Both the position numbers and the translations under genes were made by a program. The notes under the pieces were generated by a model, which saw nothing but the letters and a program-made list of their open reading frames with translations, did no database searches and had not been told where the DNA came from. A DNA stretch of 64,000 nt from Lepidodermella squamata (taxonomy: Eukaryota > Animalia > Gastrotricha), in NCBI GenBank assembly GCA_047495785.1, contig JBLDXI010000004.1, forward strand, positions 1,426,001 to 1,490,000, given 5' to 3'. Position 1 is the stretch's first letter; the number at the start of each line of letters is the position of its first letter. Below are positions 58,641-64,000 of the stretch, piece after piece.

Positions 58641-59786
58641 ATGAAAAATATTGAAATGATGGAGACGGAAGACGCGATTCACATCATGATTCAGTTGGTC
58701 AAAAACACCGACACGGCGATTCTTGAAGAACTCGGGACCGATGAGGCGAGTTTACTGGACGGAATCGAGGCAGTACGATCAAAACATCGGCGAGTTCTGG
58801 CAGAGCTGTCATCGCTGAAGGATGATCTGCTGGAATCGCGAGCTAATTGTCTCAAACTTCATGACGAATTGAAGGAGGCGGTGAAAACAGCCCAATGGGT
58901 GCCACCGGAGAAACGTTTTCAAGAAGTCGAAGCGAAGTTACATCTCGTTCAAAAAGAGAATGCCCGCGTGTCACTAGCTGTGTTCGGGAAAGACCGCCAG
59001 AGTGTGTACGACACCAAGCGCAAGCTGGAAGCGAGCGGCTTTGGAGTTGCCGATGTCGTATTTTTACCGCAGGGCAACGTTGCGAAATTCAAGTTCGTCA
59101 CTCGAGAACAAGCAGCCGCAGCCTTGAAAACCATGAAGGATAACAAGGTTAAGTGCGACTGGTGGGAGTCGAAACACGAACGGGAATTCCGGATCATATG
59201 CGATTCTTTTATCGACAGTCACCCGGAAAAATCGCAACTGAAACGCCGAGGGGCTGAAATTTTAAAAAATGGTAAGCCGTTCAAACGGTATGAGTCTTCG
59301 ATCAAACAAATCATCGACACGGAAGCCAAGGTGGAGAACGAGGATGAAGAGGATGATCCTCCGTCGATGATACGTGGCGGCCGGGGCAACGACACCCGGG
59401 CGTCGATAAAACCCCCGCCGGTCCCGGATGTCTCGGTAACGGGAACAACGGACAAGGATAACGAGGTCAAGAAAGGTCAAAGGCCAAGGGTCAAAGAGTG
59501 TCACGATTGCGGCGACACCCAACATCTGCGGCGTCATTGCCCGACGCGGCTCGCGACCATTCAATGCTACAGCTGTGAAGAGTTTGGCCATTACGCGAAC
59601 GAGTGCAAGTCCGAAGTGCAAAGGCGGTTTGACCACCAGGCACGGGGCCATCAGTCACGTGGGCATCAATCACGTGGCTACGTACCACAAGGATTTGAAT
59701 CACGTGACGGCGGGGCGCATGATCAGGCGCAGCTCGTGGCTCTGGTATGTGAACTGCTTCAAGGCGCAACCAGACGACAACGTTGA
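58641..59786 (+). CDS. LINE ORF1: coiled-coil region + two CCHC zinc knuckles
   Basis: CHDCGDTQHLRRHC and CYSCEEFGHYANEC; heptad-like N-terminal half; RGHQS repeats. Confidence 0.88.
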   Translation: MKNIEMMETEDAIHIMIQLVKNTDTAILEELGTDEASLLDGIEAVRSKHRRVLAELSSLKDDLLESRANCLKLHDELKEAVKTAQWVPPEKRFQEVEAKLHLVQKENARVSLAVFGKDRQSVYDTKRKLEASGFGVADVVFLPQGNVAKFKFVTREQAAAALKTMKDNKVKCDWWESKHEREFRIICDSFIDSHPEKSQLKRRGAEILKNGKPFKRYESSIKQIIDTEAKVENEDEEDDPPSMIRGGRGNDTRASIKPPPVPDVSVTGTTDKDNEVKKGQRPRVKECHDCGDTQHLRRHCPTRLATIQCYSCEEFGHYANECKSEVQRRFDHQARGHQSRGHQSRGYVPQGFESRDGGAHDQAQLVALVCELLQGATRRQR

Positions 59787-60053
59787 TGGGGCGGGCCTGA
59801 CTGCTTGAACTATAACCGGTTTGAAATTGTTGATAATGATGATATCCAAAACTTTGTAAATAGTAACTATGATGCCATTCTTGTTGAAAAAAATGAATTT
59901 TGTAAATATTTGTCTGATTTGCAGAATACGCAGTCAGGTCGAAATCATAACCAAAATCAAAGTCCGAAATTGGTGGGGAAAAAGAGAAGAAGGCGGAAGA
60001 ATCGAAAACATAAAAAACAATCGAAAAATCTTGATTTATTAGAGGCAATTTTT

Positions 60054-63000
60054 ATGCTGACTTACGGCTCGCAAAATTTATCAACGGGTAAAAACAAAAT
60101 TCCCTCTATTGCGGAGGAGATGAGGGAACGAAAAATTCATGTTCTTTTATTACAGGAATTTCGTAAGAAGGGCAAGGGTGAGAAGCACCAAGATGGCGTG
60201 ACTATTATTTATTCCGGGGTCGATGCGAGCAGCAAAGTTAACCGGGCTGGAGTAGCATTCTGTATTTTAGATGACCCAAACATCGTTATCACGAGCTACG
60301 AACAAATTGATGAACGAATAATAACACTTGAAATTAAGGTGGCTGGAAGAAAAATTTCGTTCGTAAATTTATATGCGCCAGCGTCAGCTGATGTAGACGA
60401 ATTAGATATTTATATTTCAAAAGTTGAGAGTGTACTTGAAAAAATCGAAAAATCACGGGCCGAGAATGATATTGTTTTGATTGGCGGCGATCTTAATGGA
60501 GTTGTTGAACGAAGTGACGATGGAAATAGCCAGACGGTGGGCAAGTATGCAGGGCTTAGCGGAAATACTAAAGGCGAAAGATGGTTCGATTTTGCATGCA
60601 GAAATCAGTTATATTTTGCCAACACTTTTTACCCGAACTGTGGTTTTACTTATTTTCGAAAAATGGAACCTAACAAGAAAAGGAAGAAGGTGGAAACTAA
60701 AAGCTATTTTTGCAGATCATTTATAGATTATCTACTAATTCCACAGTATGCGCGCAAATTTGTTGTAGATTCACATATCGCCGAAGAGGCATGTTTAGGA
60801 GTTGATCATCACCTAGTAGTGGCTAATTTAGCAATCAACGGGACGAAAGTCTTAGAAGAAAGCGAAGAAGTCACGCGGGTCGCTCATGAAAATTTGGTTA
60901 AAGGTAAAAACGCGCGCCGACTAAAACAGATAATGGCTGAAAAATTGAAGAGAATAACCTCCTCGACTGACGCTGAGCAAATTTGGCTCGAGTTCAAGAG
61001 CATTAATGAGGAAACAGAGAAGATTTGCGGGCGCAAGCGAGTTCGAAAAAAGGGGAAAAGAACCCGCTGGTGGAAAAATAAGGTGAAAAATAAAGTCAAG
61101 GAAAAGAAGCGCAAGTTCAAAACCTTCACTAAAGCTAGAAGGGTGGCGGAGGAAAAGGGGGATGTGGATAACGAGGAAGTCAAAGCGTTATACGACGAAT
61201 ATGCCTTATGCAGAGATGAAGAAAAAATTGTGGTTGAAAAGGCGAAAAAGAAAGCAAAAGTCGAGATTGCAGACGAATTTTATGCCTTAAAAGATAAACC
61301 GCAAGAGGCGCAACAGCTATTTTGGCGGATAGTTGAAAATGCTAGAAAAGGTTCGGGCAATTTGGAACAACGGTTGGTAATTGAAGGGGAGAACGGTGAA
61401 ATTTTGACGGAAGCAGAGAAAGTAGCGGGGAGATGGAGGCAGCATTTCATGGGAGTGGTAGATGGCGTTGAACTGACCACAAAAGTAGAAAATGAATCTC
61501 AGCAAGGTTTCAAAAATCAATGCGACGTAAATGAACCGGCACGAGCCATGGAAAACATCTCGCGCGACGAAATAGTAGAAGCCCTTAAAAAAGAAAAGCT
61601 TGGAAAATCACCGGGTCAAGACGAGGTGCGTAAAGAGATGCTAATGGCAATAGAGGAAATAGGAACAGAGTGGCTGTATGTACTGTTTAACAGAATTTGG
61701 ACGGAAAGGCGAGTTCCTGACGATTTTCTCAATCTAATTTTGATTCCGATACCCAAGAAAGGTGACTTGAAAAAATGTGCGAATTACCGAGGAATTAGCT
61801 TAATAAGCATAGTCGCGAAATGTTACGCTCGTATTTTGGAACGCAAACTTCGATTAAAAGTTCGGAAAATTTTAGAAGACAACCAGCACGGGTTCATGGA
61901 AGGTAAAGGCATAGGTGATTGTACCTTCATGCTAAAACAGCTAATAGAAAAATTTGTTGAGTTTGAGCAATTATTTTTTATTACTTTTATGGACTTGGAG
62001 AAAGCCTACGACTTTGTTGACCGCGAAGAAGTGTGGAAAGCGCTAGAGGGACTGGGAGTAGAACAAGATCTCATCGAAAACATAAAGGCCTTGTACAGAG
62101 ACAGCATAGCAACGGTTAGGGTTGGGGGTGTTGCTTGCGAGCCTTTCAGGGTCACAAAAGGGCTCAGACAGGGCTGCCCTTTATCACCGTTGTTATTTAT
62201 TTGCGTCTTCAACGTTGTATGCCAGAGAGTTAAGTTAGAAAAGTGCGGAGTACCGCTCACTGACGAAGAGTGGCTCAATATTTTAGCTTTTGCTGACGAT
62301 ACTGGGCTGTTAGCCATGCATAGAAACGACATGCAACTTCTTATCGATATTTTTGTTGAGGCTTGCCAGAGTCTAGGGCTGAAAATAAATGTACCAAAAA
62401 CCAAATTCATGGTTATTAACAAAGGAGATGAAATTGTTGAGCCTATTATTATTTACAACGAACGACTGGAAGAAGTTAGTAGCTTCACATATTTAGGCAG
62501 TATAATTACCTCAGATGGAGCTTCAAAAAGCGACATCAGGGCCAGAATAGAGAAAAGCTGCAAAGCTTTCGGTGCCTTGAAAAAATATATTTTTGGAAAT
62601 AAATCTATTCCTATTAGCGTAAAAATGAAGTGTCTTCGAGGTACAGTAGAACCGGTTGCGAAATTTGGGGGTGAAAATTGGACGATGACCAGTGAGGATG
62701 AGCGGCGACTGAACGTTTGTCAGATGCGGTGCCTACGTAGCATTTGCGGTGTCACTCTGAGGGACAGAGTTAGGAATGATTATATTAGAGAAAAATGTGA
62801 AACTCAAAAATTATCTTCGATAGTAGCAAGACATCAACTTAGGTGGTACGGCCATGTTGCTCGCATGGACCCCGAACGGCTAACCCACCGAGTACGGTAT
62901 TGGAACGTGCCGGAGGGGTGGAAACGGCCTAGAGGCAGACCTAAGCTAAGGTGGCTCGACTGTATTAAGAAAAATTTGGGGCGGGTGGGAATTCCAAATT

Positions 63001-63068
63001 TAGAGGATGCAGATGATCTAGCGAAGGACAGAAATGAGTGGAGGCTGAAAATTCATAGTCTGGGGTGA
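60054..63068 (+). CDS. LINE ORF2: AP endonuclease + reverse transcriptase
   Basis: LLLQE, NLYAP, GGDLNG, IDYLL, DHHLV (APE); KSPGQD, NYRGISL, QHGF, DLEKAYD, GLRQGCPLSPLLF, FADD, FTYLGS; RTE-type tail RWYGHVARM..RPRGRPKLRW. Frame is open from 59787; first ATG at 60054. Confidence 0.95.
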   Translation: MLTYGSQNLSTGKNKIPSIAEEMRERKIHVLLLQEFRKKGKGEKHQDGVTIIYSGVDASSKVNRAGVAFCILDDPNIVITSYEQIDERIITLEIKVAGRKISFVNLYAPASADVDELDIYISKVESVLEKIEKSRAENDIVLIGGDLNGVVERSDDGNSQTVGKYAGLSGNTKGERWFDFACRNQLYFANTFYPNCGFTYFRKMEPNKKRKKVETKSYFCRSFIDYLLIPQYARKFVVDSHIAEEACLGVDHHLVVANLAINGTKVLEESEEVTRVAHENLVKGKNARRLKQIMAEKLKRITSSTDAEQIWLEFKSINEETEKICGRKRVRKKGKRTRWWKNKVKNKVKEKKRKFKTFTKARRVAEEKGDVDNEEVKALYDEYALCRDEEKIVVEKAKKKAKVEIADEFYALKDKPQEAQQLFWRIVENARKGSGNLEQRLVIEGENGEILTEAEKVAGRWRQHFMGVVDGVELTTKVENESQQGFKNQCDVNEPARAMENISRDEIVEALKKEKLGKSPGQDEVRKEMLMAIEEIGTEWLYVLFNRIWTERRVPDDFLNLILIPIPKKGDLKKCANYRGISLISIVAKCYARILERKLRLKVRKILEDNQHGFMEGKGIGDCTFMLKQLIEKFVEFEQLFFITFMDLEKAYDFVDREEVWKALEGLGVEQDLIENIKALYRDSIATVRVGGVACEPFRVTKGLRQGCPLSPLLFICVFNVVCQRVKLEKCGVPLTDEEWLNILAFADDTGLLAMHRNDMQLLIDIFVEACQSLGLKINVPKTKFMVINKGDEIVEPIIIYNERLEEVSSFTYLGSIITSDGASKSDIRARIEKSCKAFGALKKYIFGNKSIPISVKMKCLRGTVEPVAKFGGENWTMTSEDERRLNVCQMRCLRSICGVTLRDRVRNDYIREKCETQKLSSIVARHQLRWYGHVARMDPERLTHRVRYWNVPEGWKRPRGRPKLRWLDCIKKNLGRVGIPNLEDADDLAKDRNEWRLKIHSLG

Positions 63069-64000
63069 TGAATATTATTCTTCTCGAGGGTTTTTGCATA
63101 TTTTGTATTACTGATGAAAAATGATTTCGGTTTGGCTAGGATCGGTCCCCTAGACTGGTCCTCCTCCGACACGCGCTCTGCTTGCCAGGTCACCCCCGTG
63201 ACCTGTCCGGCAGGGTGTGTACACCGGAGTGATTTTTATTCCTCAGCACGCCTTTTTGTTGTTTTTCTACTGTTGTTTTTTACTGTTCTTTTATAATCTC
63301 AAAGTGCTGAAGAATAAAGAAAATGTTATGTTATGTTATGTCACATCAAAAACAGCTCGCTGCTTCTCACATTCGTTGAGGTTGTATTTCAAGCTCAACT
63401 CCGGCGACTGATCGCCGAACCAGAACAACTGAAACACGTAAAACAGTGTTTTATTCATATGGAAAAAAATCACCAGAACTCAAGATACATTCATATCGCC
63501 TGGGTTGTTACAGCCAAAGTTTCCAGGTACGCAAAACGGGGTAAGAGCCTCGTATTTGTAACACATGCGGCCATTCTGAAAATTATCAATGAATTCATCA
63601 AAAAATGGGAAATAAAAAAAAGAAACATACCCCATTGTTGCAGACGCCAGTTGTTCGAAAATTCCGCCCCACTGGTTGGTGAAGATAAAATTAGAATCAG
63701 TTAGTCGTGTTGACTGTGGTAAACCTGATATTCTTTAAGGGGATCACAGCCATCGGCAGCTGGAACGCAGTTTGTGAATCGGTTGCTGAACTGCGAGAAG
63801 CACCGAACCCAGTTCAGCTGCTGCTTACCCACCGCCAAGCCACTCATCAGCAATAACAACGAAACTGTGTGATAAGCTGTCATTTTGTGAAATTAGTGAA
63901 TGTTTCAACCAGGGTTGCACTTGTATAAACAGACTGTTTAAACACACGTGTTTAAACACATGTTTAAACAGTATAAAGTCCAAGGAGTTTATACATATGT

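Larger units (their letters stand above)
58351..63340 (+). mobile_element. Apparently full-length RTE-group LINE
   Basis: 5' UTR, ORF1, ORF2, structured 3' UTR, AATAAA and (TGTTA)n tail. The 5' boundary is approximate and follows a hAT MITE left end at ~58315-58350. Confidence 0.88.
55431..63883 (-). pseudogene. Paralog A4: signal + Cys repeats + C-type lectin, disrupted by a LINE and other insertions
   Basis: Exons 1-4 at 63883-63344. Exons 5-6 absent. Exon 7 ~56890-56727 and exon 8 ~56668-56596. Exon 9 is cut by the structured element. The terminal exon ~55953-55431 is open: YHRCLRPADGSVTCRPSTVGCDAN..NCENAKK then CTL (AWIGL..QKWADGS..CGIV..DDDC..AVCE). Confidence 0.78.

Noticed and set aside
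1-64000. Prokaryotic systems (CRISPR, retron, DGR, operons) suggested by the RT ORFs and repeats
   Set aside because: The genes are spliceosomal-intron-rich, the RTs are APE-type LINE RTs, and there is no regular repeat-spacer array.

Overview
Eukaryotic (animal-type) genomic DNA with many 45-70 bp GT-AG introns, so the ORF track fragments the real genes. I spliced them by eye. (1) 1.1-6.6 kb: a trypsin-type serine protease followed by two sushi/CCP modules, spliced in frame to one intronless exon of about 10 ankyrin repeats. (2) 8.7-63.9 kb: a cluster of eight paralogous secreted-protein genes or pseudogenes in two subfamilies, A1-A4 and B1-B4. They are built from a ~45-aa four-cysteine repeat I do not recognise, arranged as ordered triplets (types I-II-III, 12 Cys, ~135 aa) that end at phase-1 introns. 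Different paralogs carry different lectin-like C-termini: 4 triplets + 2 LamG/pentraxin-like domains (B1, B4), repeats + CTL-CTL-EGF-CTL-CTL (B3), or 2 triplets + 1 C-type lectin (A3, A4). (3) Dense transposon load, often inside exons of the cluster: an apparently intact RTE-like LINE whose ORF1 and ORF2 are in the same frame, a degraded GC-rich Jockey/I-like LINE, RTE 3' fragments, hAT/PIF/Mutator/Tc1/EnSpm/Ginger-like MITEs with target-site duplications, and a Penelope-type minimal hammerhead motif. The best candidate for an undescribed system is the modular Cys-triplet plus swappable lectin-head family. Its novelty and function are inferences; no database search was run.
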